A stretch of 48,019 nucleotides of DNA. Origin: Spirogloea muscicola. Taxonomy: Eukaryota. The notes under the pieces are model-generated. The model was not told the DNA's origin. It saw only the letters and a list, made by a program, of their open reading frames with translations, and ran no database searches. The position numbers and the translations under genes were made by a program. The stretch spans positions 911,853-959,871 of the forward strand of contig WELB01000025.1 in assembly GCA_009602725.1 (NCBI GenBank). Direction: 5' to 3'. Of this stretch, positions 24,278 to 36,650 are shown one piece after another (within the stretch, counting starts at the first letter, position 1; each line of letters opens with the position of its first letter).

Positions 24278-25600
24278 ATGGCGGAAGTTGGCACCTGCCA
24301 GTTAGGGGAAATGACGATTGTGCTGACCACAGCAGAGCCGGTACACCAGCGGAGGCATCGGCTCAGCCCGGTGGAGTGGGCGCTGGTGCAGGTGCGCTGT
24401 GAGGAGCTAATGCAGGTGGGGCTCATCGAGGAGTCGGAGTCGCAATACGCGGCGCCGACGGTGATGCCAGCGAAGAAGGACCTTTTTGGCCAAAGGACGG
24501 AGAAGAGGATGTGCGGGGAACACCGCGCCCTGAATGAGGTGACTCAGCCTGATCACTATCCCATGCCCACCCGAGAGGAGATATTTGATGAGCTGGGTGC
24601 AGCGTGCGTCTTCAGCATCTTGGACCTGCGCCAGGATTTCGATCAGATTGGAATCGAGATGGAGGACAGGCCAAAGACAGCCTTCTGGGGAGCGGAGCGG
24701 CTCTACCGGTGGACGCGCATGCCATTTGGGTTGCGCAACGCCCCGGCCAGATTTCAACGCGTGATGGATCAGGTCTTGGCGGGGTTGCGCTTTGCCAGAT
24801 GCTACATTGACGGCGTGTTGGTGTTTAGCACAACGGTGGCAGAGCACGTGGCGCACGTGGAGGCGGTGCTGGGGAGGATTGGGACATCCGGAATGAAGTG
24901 TCACCCAGGCAAGTGCTGGTTTGGGGTGGGCACGGTATCGTATATGGGACATGAGGTAACACCAGGAGGGTTGGGCATGCAATGGGCGAAGGTGGACGCG
25001 TTGATGTGCGTGCCAGTGCCTACAAACATCAGCAGGCTGCGAGCCTTCCTGGGCCTGGCAAGCTTTTATCGGCAATTTGTGAAGGGCTTCCCCGCTGTCG
25101 TGAAGCCGCTGAATGAGCTGCCGAAGAAGGGGGAGCCGTGGGTGTGGACAGCGCCGCGGCAGCAGGCGTTCGAGGAGGTGAAGGAGCGCCTGTCTTCTGC
25201 GCCGGTGCTGAGGCGGCCGGACTACTCCAAGCCTTTCCACTTGCATACAGATTGGAGCCAACTGGAGCTGGGAGCAGTTTTGGTGCAGGAGGAGAAGGAG
25301 GGACAGGAGTATGTAGTAGCGTATGCGAGCCGTTCCAACAACGCCGCGGAGGCCAACTACAGCTCTTATGAGGGCGAGTGCCTTCGCGTCTTGTGGGCGG
25401 TGGTGCACTTCCGTCCATACTTGTATTGCAGAACATTTGTGCTGGTCACCGATCATCAGCCGTTGAAATGGCTTATGACGAACCAGAAGCTTACCGGCAA
25501 ACACGCAAGATGGGCGCTTACCCTGCAGGAGTACAACTTCGAGATCCGCCATTTGCGGGGGAGACACACTTGGACGCTGACGGCCTCAGCCGCAACCCCA
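24278..25600 (+). pseudogene. Reverse transcriptase and RNase H of the Gypsy element (catalytic YIDD mutated to YIDG)
   Basis: ORF 24278-26209, with YIDG at 24803-24814. The RH C-terminal HLDADGLSR lies in a shifted frame after ~25555. Confidence 0.93.
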
Positions 25601-26319
25601 AACCGAGCACTCAAGACAGGATTGAGGCACGGGCGGACCACAACAGTGCGGAGGTGGAGCTGCCCGCGTGGTCGGCTTCGGCGATGCTGCTGCAGCTGCT
25701 TGACACGACCGAAGGCCGCGCGGAAAGCGGACACCCTGACCACCTGCAGCGAGAATTCATGGGCTTCCGAAAGGGGCCCCTCCAGGTCGATCTACTCCTT
25801 CTGCCGGCCTGTTGGATTGGCGCAATGCGGTTTGAAGTCATCTCCGGCGTGGCGGCACAGTCCGACCACCGTGGCGTCTCAAATGAGCGGCGGCGCGGCG
25901 GGAGCAAGAGCGTTGGGAGGGTCGGGAGTGTGGAGCGGGAGCAGGCGATTGAAATACGCGGGGGTAACGAATAGCCTGGCCGCCGTTATGGAAGAGACCT
26001 CCAGGTGGTACTGTCGCCGTGGAGCCATGCCGCAGCTGCTAGGCTTTGCCACTAGCGATGTTGTATGTGAGGACAGGGGCGTGGCAGGAGGCAGATTGAC
26101 CACATATACTGCTCCGAGGCTCGTGCCAGGGGAGACCTCCCAGCAGGCGGCTGGGGGTGCTCCGGACGTGTGGAGCGACCTGGAGGCTGGAGTACCTCCA
26201 ATGGCCTGAACATCCGTCGGGGAGGAGCAAGGCGAGCAAGGACCGTGAGCAGCAGCGGGCGCAACGGTACCGGTGGCGCAAGGGCCACCTGCTGCTGTTG
26301 AAGAAGGATGGTGGGGAGA

Positions 26320-27400
26320 GAGTGGTGCCCAGGCCAGCAGAGCGGACGCCGTTGGTGCTGCAGCAGCATGAGCTGCTTGGGCACTTCGGGGTGAAGAGGA
26401 CCCACAGCCTGGTTGCGTGTGGTCACTGGTGGAAGGGGATGGCCAGGGATGTGGCTGCGGTGGTGGCGCGGTGCGAGGCCTGCGACCGCGTCCGAGCCAA
26501 CCTCATGGTGCGCAGCGTACAGCTGCATCCACTCCCATCAACGGACTCTTCTACAGGTGGAGTCTTGATTTGCAGGCGAGCTGCCACTGTCGAAGCGTGG
26601 GCTGTGCTAAATCTTGATTATGGTGGAGCACGCAAGCAAGTGGGTAGAAGTGGTTGCCATCACGGACAAGTCCAGCTCGCTGATCGCAGCTTGCTTCCTG
26701 CATCGGGTGTTGTGCCGCTTTGGGGCCTGCGCTGAGGTGCTCACCGATGGCGGTACCGAGTACCGCGGCGCGTACGACAAGTTGTTGGAGGACGCCTTGA
26801 TCGACCACAGGACGACCTCGCGCAACAACTTGCAGGCAGACGGGCTGGCGGAGCGGATGGTTCAGACAGTGAAGAGGGGACTGCAAAAGTTCTGCCTGGA
26901 GAGGGACACCAGGGATTGGGATCTATTCCTCCCCTGGTTGCTGCTGGGGTACCGCATGAGTAAGCAGGCGGCGCTGGCGAGCTACTCGCCGTACTTCTTG
27001 CTCTTTGGCAGGCATCCTCTGCTGCCAGCTGCCATCCGACCGCGGGTGGAGCCAGTGGTGCACATGAACAGCCCAGGGCGCTGGGTGGCGATCTGCGAGG
27101 AGTGCGGGAGGCTCTTCTGCAGGGTCATGCCGATGGCGATGGGCAACTTGGCAGTGGCGCAGCATCGCGACAAGCTGCGCTACTCGCAGGTGCGGTCAGG
27201 CAAGTACCAGCCACGGGTGATGAAGTTTGAGAGGGGTGACTACGTGTATGTGCAGCGCCAGCAGCGCAGCACCTTGGACGCGGGTGTCCGGCGGGTCGTC
27301 CTGCAAGTGAAGGAGGTGAGGCCCAGCGGCGTGCTGCTGCTGCAGGGCCGGTGCGGATGCACTGTTGCAGAGCACCAGCGCAACTGTGAGCCGTGCCATC
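26320..27400 (+). pseudogene. Gypsy integrase (HHCC zinc-binding + DDE core), frameshifted
   Basis: QQHELLGHFGVKRT..WWKGMARDV..CEACDR; WSLD; VEHASKWVE; LTDGGTEY; QADGLAERMVQTVKRGL; SPYFLLFGRHP. Confidence 0.9.
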
Positions 27401-27458
27401 TTCCCGACCTGGACTGCACTGTCGACTACACCTTGGTGTGGACGAGGAGGGGATGAGG

Positions 27459-27599
27459 TGTGAAGTGTGTGGCGGCTTGAACACTGAGCCGCCCATGCTG
27501 CTATGCGACCGCTGTAACGAAGGGTGGCACACTGGCTGCTTGCAGCCACCTCTTGCTGAGGTGCCGGCCGGGCAGTGGTTCTGTCCGCGCTGCGCATAG
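27459..27599 (+). pseudogene. PHD finger (C4HC3) at the polyprotein C-terminus
   Basis: CEVC-GGLNTEPPMLL-CDRC-NEGW-H-TG-C-LQPPLAEVPAGQWF-CPRC-A-stop; canonical PHD spacing. Confidence 0.92.
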
Positions 27600-27779
27600 T
27601 GCTGTCATAGTTAGGGTGCTTAGCCGTCAGAGGATGCAGCTGCCTCTCGGGTCCAGGCAGCTGGGAAGGGGGTGTGGCGACTCTTCTGCCACATTCTTTG
27701 CAGGTCTGCTCATCTGGTAGTGAGGCTATGCAGGGCACGCTGCTGCCAGCCAAGCAGAGTTCCTGGCCTGTAGGCGGGG

Positions 27780-29440
27780 CTTCAGGTGTGGCAATTTGAC
27801 GTATTGTGAGCGCTGAACGGGCAGGCACGACAATGTAAATGTCACGCTTCAAGAGGTCAACAGTGCAGGCAGGTCATGTGACCTGTCCTCACCAATCTGT
27901 ACACTATCTACACAGGGAGCTGGTGGAGTCTCTCCCAAGTAGAATGCTAGTGAACCGAAAAGTAAATGTGCAGGTAGATATATACATAAGAGCTGCTGGG
28001 GGGATGATACATGACACCCTCATGGAGGTATTTGGGGGGTGTCGTGCATCATCCATCAATGTACATGGTATAATGTACATGTATCTACATCCTTAGCAGC
28101 GGTGGTCCTCGCTTTCACCTAGCGATCCGGTCCCAGAGCTCTATCCTCGCTTTCACCTAGCGATCCGGTCCCAGAGCTCTATCAATCTGTGAAGGCCCAA
28201 GTGTTCGACCAACAGTTGGTCTGCTTCAGATAGTACCACTGTTGGCGCCTGCACAAGGCACTGGGCCCACTTTTGGAGGTCAAAAGACCCGACTTGTCTC
28301 AGAGAGTCAGGATGATGAATTACAGCTGGAGTGTGGAAATTGGATTCTTTCAGAGCATCGTGTCTGCCAAGCACTCATTGATGGCTAGGAGCACTCTCGG
28401 AGCAATACTTGATGTGAAGCACATCTTCCGGCCTTCAAGAGCTTGTAGCATTCCTACGAACACAAAGTCGCACCTCAACAACATCAGAAAAACACTGGGT
28501 GGTGTCCAATGAGGATTCGCAGCACCAAATGGCAACAGGACAACCAGAGCAGACAAGTGCATCAGCGGCATTGTATATGAAGGCATGAAGGCTTGAGCTC
28601 ATTCTCTGCACCAGCAGCCACGGGAAGGACCTCCGTAACACAGAGTTGCACCTCAAGGACACCAGGTGAAAGCTGGTTGGTCCCCACCAGGGGTGCCAGA
28701 TGCTTGACTACCTACAGGAGAAAGGGAGCAGACGAATGCATCAGCCGCACTGGTATGCAGGCATCACGGCTTGAGCATGGCCTCTGCACCCTCAATCACT
28801 CCCGGTGGCACCAGTGTGGCCCACTCTTTGGGGGCCGCACTGCCGCACCTCAACGACACCAGGAATGGTGTGGATGGTCTCCATCGACGCTCGTGCAAAA
28901 CTGTTGAGACAGACAGACAGAGAGAGCAAACAACTAGATTAGCAGCTGTTGATACGCAGGCAGTAAGGCTTGAGCACAGACTCTGCACCTGCCAAGTGGT
29001 GGCAGTGTGGCGCTACTTCAGTGCACAGAGTCGTACCTCAACGGCAGCAGGAGACTTCAGATGTGCAGCACAGCACCACCTCTGTGCAGAATCCTCTCGT
29101 CTGAGTACTTTGCTGGGACCAACAAGGTCGAACCGATCTGCGCAGACAGCTGCGCGTGTCACCGCCAGGTGGGGTGACAGAGCCCGCAAGGAGTCAGCGG
29201 AGGCCCATGGACGGCCGCGGCGAGTGGCCGCGGCTCCTCTGCTGGTGACTGCACGCGTGCTAGCGCGGCGCCGGGGCCGGCGATCGACCGGCCGCAGATG
29301 TCTGCGGATGGCGGCGAGGCAGGCCTCGGGCCCCGGCGGGCGTCAGGGCGACTGCTGGCGGGGCCTCCCGGAGGAGCGGCGGGAGGCGGGCGGCGGCTCG
29401 GCGGCGGCGGCGGCGCGGGCGTGGGCGGGGCGGACATGGT
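27780..29440 (-). pseudogene. Unknown intron-containing gene family, copy 1 (decayed)
   Basis: Nucleotide homology to 34880-36650 and 46150-48019. Possible ATG at 29437 (MSAPPTPAP). 60-nt exon 28711-28652 reads VVKHLAPLVGTNQLSPGVLE; a larger exon reads HPDSLRQVGSFDLQKWAQCLVQAPTVVLSEADQLLVEHLGLHRLIELWDRIAR. Confidence 0.6.
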
Positions 29441-30139
29441 GCGAGTATGGGGCTATATTAGCGCGGGAGGGAGGGAGGAGGGAGGGACTCGGCGCGGCCC
29501 CGGGCCGACCGAGCGGCAGCGGGCCCGCCGTGCCGGTGGGTATGGGCGTCACACCAGCGCGCGTGACACTTGTGCGGCGCGGTTGTCCGCCGCATGGCAG
29601 TGGGGATCGCAGGGCGCGCCACCGGCCCGGGCGGGGGGGAGGGCGGCGGCCGAGGGACCATCTTCCCGACGCGGCGGCGGCGACGGGGGCGGCGGAAGCG
29701 GAAGAGCCAGACCCCCCGGAGGAAGGTGCTGTGAGCAAGGAGTGGCACAGTTTCGATGCGGCCATGAAGGCGCCTGAGTGGCTGAGGGGCAGAACCTCGC
29801 GAATCTCCTGCGGGATCTCCCGCAGAACCTCCACACCCTCCACAGTGCGGCGGGCCGCGCACAGGGTGGCGGGAGACCCCCGTGGCTGGTGGCGGTACAC
29901 CACCGCCACCCTGCCCCTTCTCGCTCAGCATCTTGTGGTTCCACATCTGAATTTGGGTCCAATTCAGAGCTTTCTTCTCTAAGTGCCGCCATCTTCTTTC
30001 GCAGCCCTCGTCGCCATTTCGTATGCACTTCTATACAGGCATGTCCATCTATTTCTTCCTTCCGCTCAAAGGGGGCGAGAGGCAGCCCCTGAGCTCCGCA
30101 GCCCCGTCCACTTGCAAGAAAGAGCGCGCCCATAGAAGA

Positions 30140-30510
30140 TGAGCTCGCCCATAGAAGAGAGGAGCTGGCAGAAGCCAGCCAAAAAAGAATGGACAAAATC
30201 CAAAAGAAGGGAAACACACTAGCTAGGCATCGAGACAACTAGACATGACGGAACCACACGAAGTTCAAAACCCGCGGGTGAGCAACATCAGGTCAGAGTA
30301 GCTCGAAGCTGGAAAAGATGCAGCCGGACGAGACCCGGAAGCAGCAACAAGAGCACGGCCCGCGCGCGAGCTATCGTTCTGGCATAGAGGATAGTAACCT
30401 GCAAAAGCCAGCCCAAAATAGAATCACAAAGGACGAGAAGGGGGCCAGGGGAAGTGCTCGCCCATTGAGAATAGGGGCTGGAACAACCAGCCCGAAAAAG
30501 AATGAACAGA
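30140..30510 (-). mobile_element. Two stacked 5'-truncated non-LTR retrotransposon 3' ends
   Basis: 30140-30300 reads (minus) DLMLLTRGF*, then a 3'UTR and the hairpin ggctggcttctgccagc..ctatgggcgagctc. It is near-identical to 40290-40470 and 42277-42415. 30450-30510 is a second tail type. Confidence 0.75.
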
Positions 30511-30539
30511 GTAGGGGAAGCGCTGACAAGCACACCTTC

Positions 30540-31025
30540 GGCCCCGGAGACGCCACGCGCCGACCACATCTATCCGACCTATTATGTACCTGCTACAACA
30601 GCGCTCACGTCGAGTTTCGGTTGGTTGTTGCCGTACCATTCATCTCCGACGATTGCTTTTGTCGGGGCCCGTCAAGGATGCGGAGGTGGCTGCACACGTG
30701 GAGTCTTTGGCACGTCATTTATCTAGCACGGTGTGAAAGGGTCTCCAGCTCTGCTGCGGTCAGCAACCGTACGTAATGTCTGCCTGTGCCACGATTGGCA
30801 GCAGTGCATCACTCCTTTTGCTGATTTCTTTCCAGCAGGTCATGTCTACTTCTTTGTTAGTTGTTCCTATGATTTGGTCTATTCCACATCTGTCTATGTG
30901 CTTCTTGCCTTTTACGACATCTTTTCGCCGGCTAGCTATTCAGAGCTGCATCTCTTGACGAGAGGTTACTGATCCTTTTTTGGGCTGGCCTCTCCCAGCC
31001 ACCAGTCAATCTGGCCGCGCTTGCT
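30540..31025 (+). mobile_element. 3' fragment of CRE-like non-LTR retrotransposon
   Basis: FSPASYSELHLLTRGY* (stop ends 30972), followed by gggctggcctctcccagccaccagtcaatctggccgcgc and a T-rich tail. Confidence 0.7.
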
Positions 31026-31029
31026 TTTT

Positions 31030-34000
31030 ACTTGGCCACTCAACCCTTCCATCATTCAATGCGCACTCCTTTTCCCCCCGCCGATCCTACCGCGCCACCC
31101 GCAGCAGAATGCGTGTGTATTAAGACATCGGGAGGCCATGTGATCACCCGCAGCGTGATCGCCTCCACTTTTGCAGCAGCTACTCCGTCCTCTCATCAGC
31201 AGCCGCGTTTCTCTCCGTCTCCACACTCCACTCTCTCGTCTCTCCGCCACCGCCGCCACCGCCGCTGGCCTTTACTCCGCCGTGGCCGCCGCATCCTCCA
31301 TTGCCGCCCTCGCCAGCACCATCACCGCCGCCATCGCCAACCCCTTTGACGTCGCCCTCTTTCACACCGCCGCCATTCCGTCCGCTGTCACGCCCACCAC
31401 CGCCGCCACCGCCACGGCCACCGGCACCGCCACCGGCACCGCCACCACCATCACCGCCGCTTTCCCAGCCTACTCCACTACCTACCCACAGCCGCCATAG
31501 CCTCCGCCACCTTTTTAATCACCGGGTCCCTCTGCCACCATCGTCATGCCTCTGTCTCGACTGCCTCCGCTAACGACTTCAACATACCCACCTTCACTGA
31601 AAGCCCCGCCATCACCGCCGCCCTCCCCCCCTGTCATCCCCACTGTTCACTTCAACTTATGACTGCCTCCGCTATGCCCCCATCATTGCTCTTTTCCACC
31701 ATTATTATTGCCGCTGTACCAACTGCCTTTGCCACCGCCCTTGTCTCCACCTCCACGGTCTGAGCCTCTGCCGTGAAAGCACTGCCAGCGGCCCTGCAAA
31801 GGCGGGCGCGGTCTGATCCAGCACGAGCGCACCTGCACACGGCGTGGACTGTGCTGAGCACACACCGATTGCAGCTGCAGCGGGTGGCAGCTGAGGTTGC
31901 CCAGGATGGCAGGTCTCTAGCAGGGCCTGCGCCACCCAGTCCTCACTGCTGGCAGTGGGCTGCAGACCTTGACCTTGCTGTGGTCCACGGTTGGAAGGCC
32001 CTCCTTCTCCTCCGACATGTTCCCCGCTGGGCATGCCGGCACTACAGTCAAGCCCTCCATCCTGTGATGCAGCGTACTGTGGTTGACCACCGTGCCGAGG
32101 CAGCATAGACATCGTCGTCCTTTTTCTTTGGGTTGCTGCTCGGGAGTGCACCTCACGAGGGCCACAGTCAGGTTCTCCAGCCCCTCTTGAAACGCATCTT
32201 CCTGTCTGACAGTGGGAAGTGAGAGGAGCTTCTGGCGCATCATGATGCCTCGGTGGCTGCAGCGGCAGCCCAATGCCGTGCCTCGCAGGTGGCGCCACTG
32301 CCAGACAGGGCAGCAGGCGTCTGCCGCGCTCCCCGCTTTGGCCACGCAGGCAAACTGTAGTGGGCTGTGCAGGTGCTGGACACTTTGGTGCTGGCGCCCG
32401 TGAATGTGTTCATATGCATGCCCTCAGGACCCTCCACACCCCCAACGAGCCTTCCCCTGCCCTCGTGGCTGGCCTCCTGTGCACTGCAGGAGAACGTGGT
32501 CTTGGATGCTGCCCTCCGCAAGGCCCTGCAGAGCAGCCAGCGTGCAGCTGCGGGGAGCACCTCGCACTAGCTCACGGAGAACCTGCAGGAGCTCTTTCTG
32601 AAGGAGGACAAGGTAGACTTCTGGGTGTTGCAGCAGGTGTGACAGCACCTCACACTGGACAATGTCCCCGCCAGCATCTGTGACGCGCTCTGCTCTAGCA
32701 CCTTGCTTGCACTCAGCAAGGCAAATAGGAGGGTCCGGCCAAGTCCTGTGGCAACAGCACACAGAGCAGGCCCAAACCAATCTGGCGCCTTACTAGTACG
32801 GCGGCCGCCTGTGAAGCGGCAACGAAGCCGTGTTCACGGAGTGCAGGCAACTCTGGATATTCACTCCGAGTGGAATTTCTTATGGTGGCTGTCCGCAGTG
32901 CTTTCTACTACGTGGAGAGTTGTACCGCCGAGGAGCTGCCGGAGGTCGTCCCATCCCTCCTGCCCTTCTTCAAGCTTGGCTGTGGCCAGCCTAGCGACTT
33001 CCTCTGGAGGACAGCAAGCGACAAGGTGGAGACCCTTGATTCCACCTTGGGCTATCCTGGGCTGCTGCACCACGTTGCTTCCCTGCTTTCAATCCTTTTT
33101 TGGCTTCACTGGCCCCATAGCTGACGTGGAGGAAGGCTTCCAATGTCATCGCAACTGAGGAGCATTTGCAACTCGGCAGGCTGCTCCTTTCCCTCCCTAC
33201 AACTCCTGCTCACCCCCGTCTCCTCCCTTGCCCAAGCACCAGAGAAAGGCACTCAGGCTAGACTCACGACGCAGTTAAAGATGAGCGTTGCAGGATGTTG
33301 AGGACGATGCCGGAACTTGAGAACACTCACAGATGCTTAGCAAGACTCACCTCCCTTTGCCACACCTTATACTACTGACTGGGTCAGCACGCACGCCATA
33401 TCCAATGCCGTTATGTCAGCCCTGGAGCCTCTCAGACGCTCCGGCTCTTCCTTGGCTTCACCCCCACGTCTTTGATAGGAGTTCGCCAGTGTGAGTGCAG
33501 CTTCGTGCGGAGGGGATGATTTCCGTGCACATGTTGTGATGCCCTGATTGCCCTGAGATAGTGGACATTCAGAACTTCCTTTGGGATGCCTTGGCGGGCT
33601 TGGTGGACGACGCCGGCTACCACGCAGTCATGGAGGTGAACAGAATCTCGCAATCACCACAGACAACCAGGGACGTCATCACCGTTGTACCCTAGACATT
33701 GTGGGTGTACGACCTGGAGGAGAGGACCACAAGCCTTGGTCAATGTTGTTGTCAGATGGATGCATATGAAGGTTGGGCGTCGAACTACAGTGCTGGCCAC
33801 GCAGTAGATAGTGCAGAGCAGACGAAGATGCAGCCCTACTCCGACTACCCCCGCTGCGATCACCTTGTACTAGCCGCCGTCGATATCTTTGGCTGCATAG
33901 GCCTCGCTTCCACACTCTATTCGACAATGATGCTAGTCTAGGATATGCATGACTTGAGGATGTGCGTCCGGCTGAGATGGGCTTGCCGGCAGCATATCTG

Positions 34001-34175
34001 TTGGTTTTGCATTGTCGTGTATCAGCCTGTTTGCTCATGCTCTGCACCTGAAAGCTGGGCAGGCTTTTGTTGGTAGCAGAAAGGGCTTTTGTTGGTCGCA
34101 GAAGAGCTTCAGAAGGGCCGTCTGTTATTTGGACATTTATCAGTATGCTTATATGCTGACCCGTGGTTACCGAGC
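31030..34175 (+). mobile_element. Heavily decayed, internally deleted CRE-like non-LTR retrotransposon
   Basis: Segments are homologous to 43300-45900: caggagaacgtggtcttggatgct vs caagaggaagtggtccttgatgct, and EELPEVVPSLLPFFKLG vs KELQNTFPSLLPLFRLG. It also has a YSDYP..DHLVLAAVDIFG endonuclease remnant and ends YMLTRGY. The 5' part is a (GCC/ACC)-rich low-complexity region. Confidence 0.75.
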
Positions 34176-34879
34176 GGGTCAGCTGAGCAGCACATGATGC
34201 ACATCTGTAGATTTGCCTGATCTTTGTACTTGGCCACTCAAGCGCTCCAACAATCATACCTAATTTCCACCTCTCAACCTGTACTAAAAAGCAGGAGCAG
34301 CTCTGTATGGCCTCGTTCAGATTGTCTTCATACTCTGAGCATACGAAGGCAAGGCCAGCACACATATGGCAGCCGCGTCATGTTTGCAGGCACTGTGGCA
34401 CTGTCTTAGCCACAGGTAGTTGGCAAGGTGATGACCTGCTTTTGTGCACTGTCACGTAGGCAAGGACTCTCAGCCTGCCGCCGCTGTTTCTGTAGCTAGT
34501 TGTGATGACATGACAAAGTACATACTCTGCTATGTTGTCCGCTTTGTCTTGCCTTCGTGATGAAGTGGTATGCTCAGAGAGAGGTATGCTCCTCAGTGGT
34601 ATGCTCCTTTTTGAAGACACGAACCACCTTGGCAGAGAACCGGGTGACAGGACCAGTCCTTTGTTCTAATTTTAGGACATGCACTGCAACCATCGTCGAC
34701 TATTGAAACTGCAAAAAACTCCAGCACAATAGGAGCAGTGACAGTCCATGATTGAGACATTGCACGTCTGGTGCTGGTTTTCGAAGCAACAGTTGTTAAC
34801 CGTTGAAAGTGCAAGAAGATCCAGCACTTCAGGAGCAATGACAATTTATAAGTGAAACACTGCACGTCTGGTGGTCTGT

Positions 34880-36650
34880 TTTGATAAATAAAGTCGAAGC
34901 CACCTACGTGCTTCTCTGTGGCGATTTGTAGAGGAGTACTTTGTGACGTCGCAATGACACTCGTGATGTGTCAGTATGCCTATTTCTGTCTGCAAGAGAC
35001 TGAGATAATTGACCTGTCTTTTTGGGAGAAAAATGAACAGCCATGCAAGTCATGGGGTTGCAAACCCACATCTTGCAGCTGCAGCTGAAAATTGTAGCTG
35101 AAAATGCAGCTCACTGTGTCGCAGTTCAAATCATCATCACGCAGGCAGGTAAATAGTCTGCCCTGACTACTCTGTACAAGTTTGTGTACGCAGGCGGCTG
35201 GTAGAAGTCCCAACCATAAAGTGAAGTTAGCACAGCACAAGGTACAGAAGCTAGCGTCCAGACAGGAATATATAAGAAGAGCTGCTGGAGGGATGATGCA
35301 GAATACCCTCATAGAGGTGTTGTGAATGTGTTCTGCATCATCCAGGATTGTACACGTATTCACGTACTTAGCAGCGGTAGATCATTGCTAACTTTTGATG
35401 GTGGGCCCGTGTATACTATACACCCTTGCTTCACCTGGGAAACTGGTCCCAGAGCTCTACCAAATGGTCAGGGCCTAAGTCGTTGACCAACCGCTGGTCT
35501 GCCTCGGTCAGTACCGCTGTTGGTGGCTGCACAAGGGACCGAGCTCACATGAGAAGTTCAGCAGACCCATATTGTCTCAGATGGTCAGGATGACGACGTC
35601 TAACTGTATTGAGCGCTGTAGATAGTTTCGGTGCACGTTATGTCTACCAGCACTGATTGATGGCTAGGATGACCTTGAGAGCACTATGAGATATGTTGAC
35701 CTTGAGAGCATTATGAGATATGTTGGGCCTTCAATAGCTTTTAGCACTTCTATGAAGACATAGAGCTGCACCTCAAAGAAACCAGGAGATGTCTGGGCGG
35801 TGTGCAATGACGGCTTTGTGGAATTGGTTGCCTTCAGAACAACCACAACAGATGAGTGCATTAGCGGCACTATATTTTCAGGCATGAGGGCTTGAACTCA
35901 TCCTCTGCAACTGCCAAGTAATACCGGCGGCCACGGTAAGGGCCTTCTCCGTGACAAACGACGCACCTCACCAACACCAGCAAGACTCTGGTTCTGCGCC
36001 ACCAAAGGTATCTTGACGTTCTTCTCTGTCTTAAATTCGACACTAAGTACCTACAGAACGAAGAGAAAGCAGAGAAATACATCAGCCGCATCGTTATGCA
36101 GGCAATACGGCTTGAGCGTATTATCTGCACCAGTCAAGTAATTCCAGTGGCAGCAATGTTGCCCTTCTGCGTGAGACAGTGCCACACCTCGATGATACCA
36201 GGAAGTCTTTCTCCGCCCATCAAAGAAGCTCCAGGACTGAGTGCCTACAGGAAAAGTAGAGCATACGACTGCATTAGTCAGTTGCAGCAGTACAGCTTGA
36301 GCACAGACTCTGCACCTGCCAAGTGGGTGGCCTTCCTTTGGGACGCAGGGTCGTACCTTGACAACACCCACACGCAGTCTGGCCGGACTCCAACAAGAGA
36401 TTCGCTGGAGTGACTGCCTGCGGGACAGAGAGAAGGCGAAAAGCATATCAGCGGCACATGATGTGAAGTACTACACGGCCTCTCTGCCAATACTTCGACT
36501 TTGCGGACTTCTTGTGCCGGCTAGACTGCGCAGAGACCCGCGCGCGTCATAGCGAGGTCAGGGGTTCGAGCCCGCCAGAGATCAGCGACGCCATGGACGG
36601 CCTCGGCGAGCTCCCACCCCGCCTGCAATCCCGCTCGTGCCATGAGTTCG
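34880..36650 (-). pseudogene. Unknown intron-containing gene family, copy 2 (decayed)
   Basis: Four tandem AG|exon|GT units: 36417-36357, 36244-36188, 36050-35967 and 35831-35772. Then HPDHLRQYGSAELLM*ARSLVQPPTAVLTEADQRLVNDLGPDHLVELWDQFP, with TGA where copy 1 has TGG. Confidence 0.65.

Larger units (their letters stand above)
21700..25810 (+). repeat. Four-copy internal direct repeat of the Gypsy element (~21700-21880, ~21895-22075, ~23940-24110, partial ~25715-25810)
   Basis: Shared core approximately ggacaccccgaccgcctgcag.gagaattcagggg..ccgaaaggggcccctgcaggtcgattc, with a ttggagcggccaccaagcac-like segment in the first three copies. Confidence 0.9.
20072..27599 (+). mobile_element. Decayed Ty3/Gypsy retrotransposon: gag - protease - C5 DNA methyltransferase - RT - RNase H - integrase - PHD finger; no paired LTRs found
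   Basis: The PR-RT-RH-IN domain order is the Gypsy order. Motifs: gag FLDGPALWYY and knuckle CYTCNQPDH; protease VMLDTGAQ; RT SQYAAPTVMPAKK, FSILDLRQDF, RMPFGLRNAPARFQ, YIDG; RH LHTDWS, YASRS, YSSYEGE, VTDHQPL; integrase H..LGHFGVKRT..CEAC, LTDGG, GLAERMVQTVK. Multiple stops and frameshifts are present. Confidence 0.93.

Noticed and set aside
28771..30238. Long overlapping GC-rich ORFs (403, 229, 188 aa)
   Set aside because: Low-complexity, stop-poor GC-rich sequence with no recognisable domain; they cross unrelated repeat boundaries.
28030..35360. LDDA/MDDA peptides in the three-copy family as an RT active site
   Set aside because: No flanking RT motifs, and the frame conserved between copies is a different one (LYEG..HP.SSSY).
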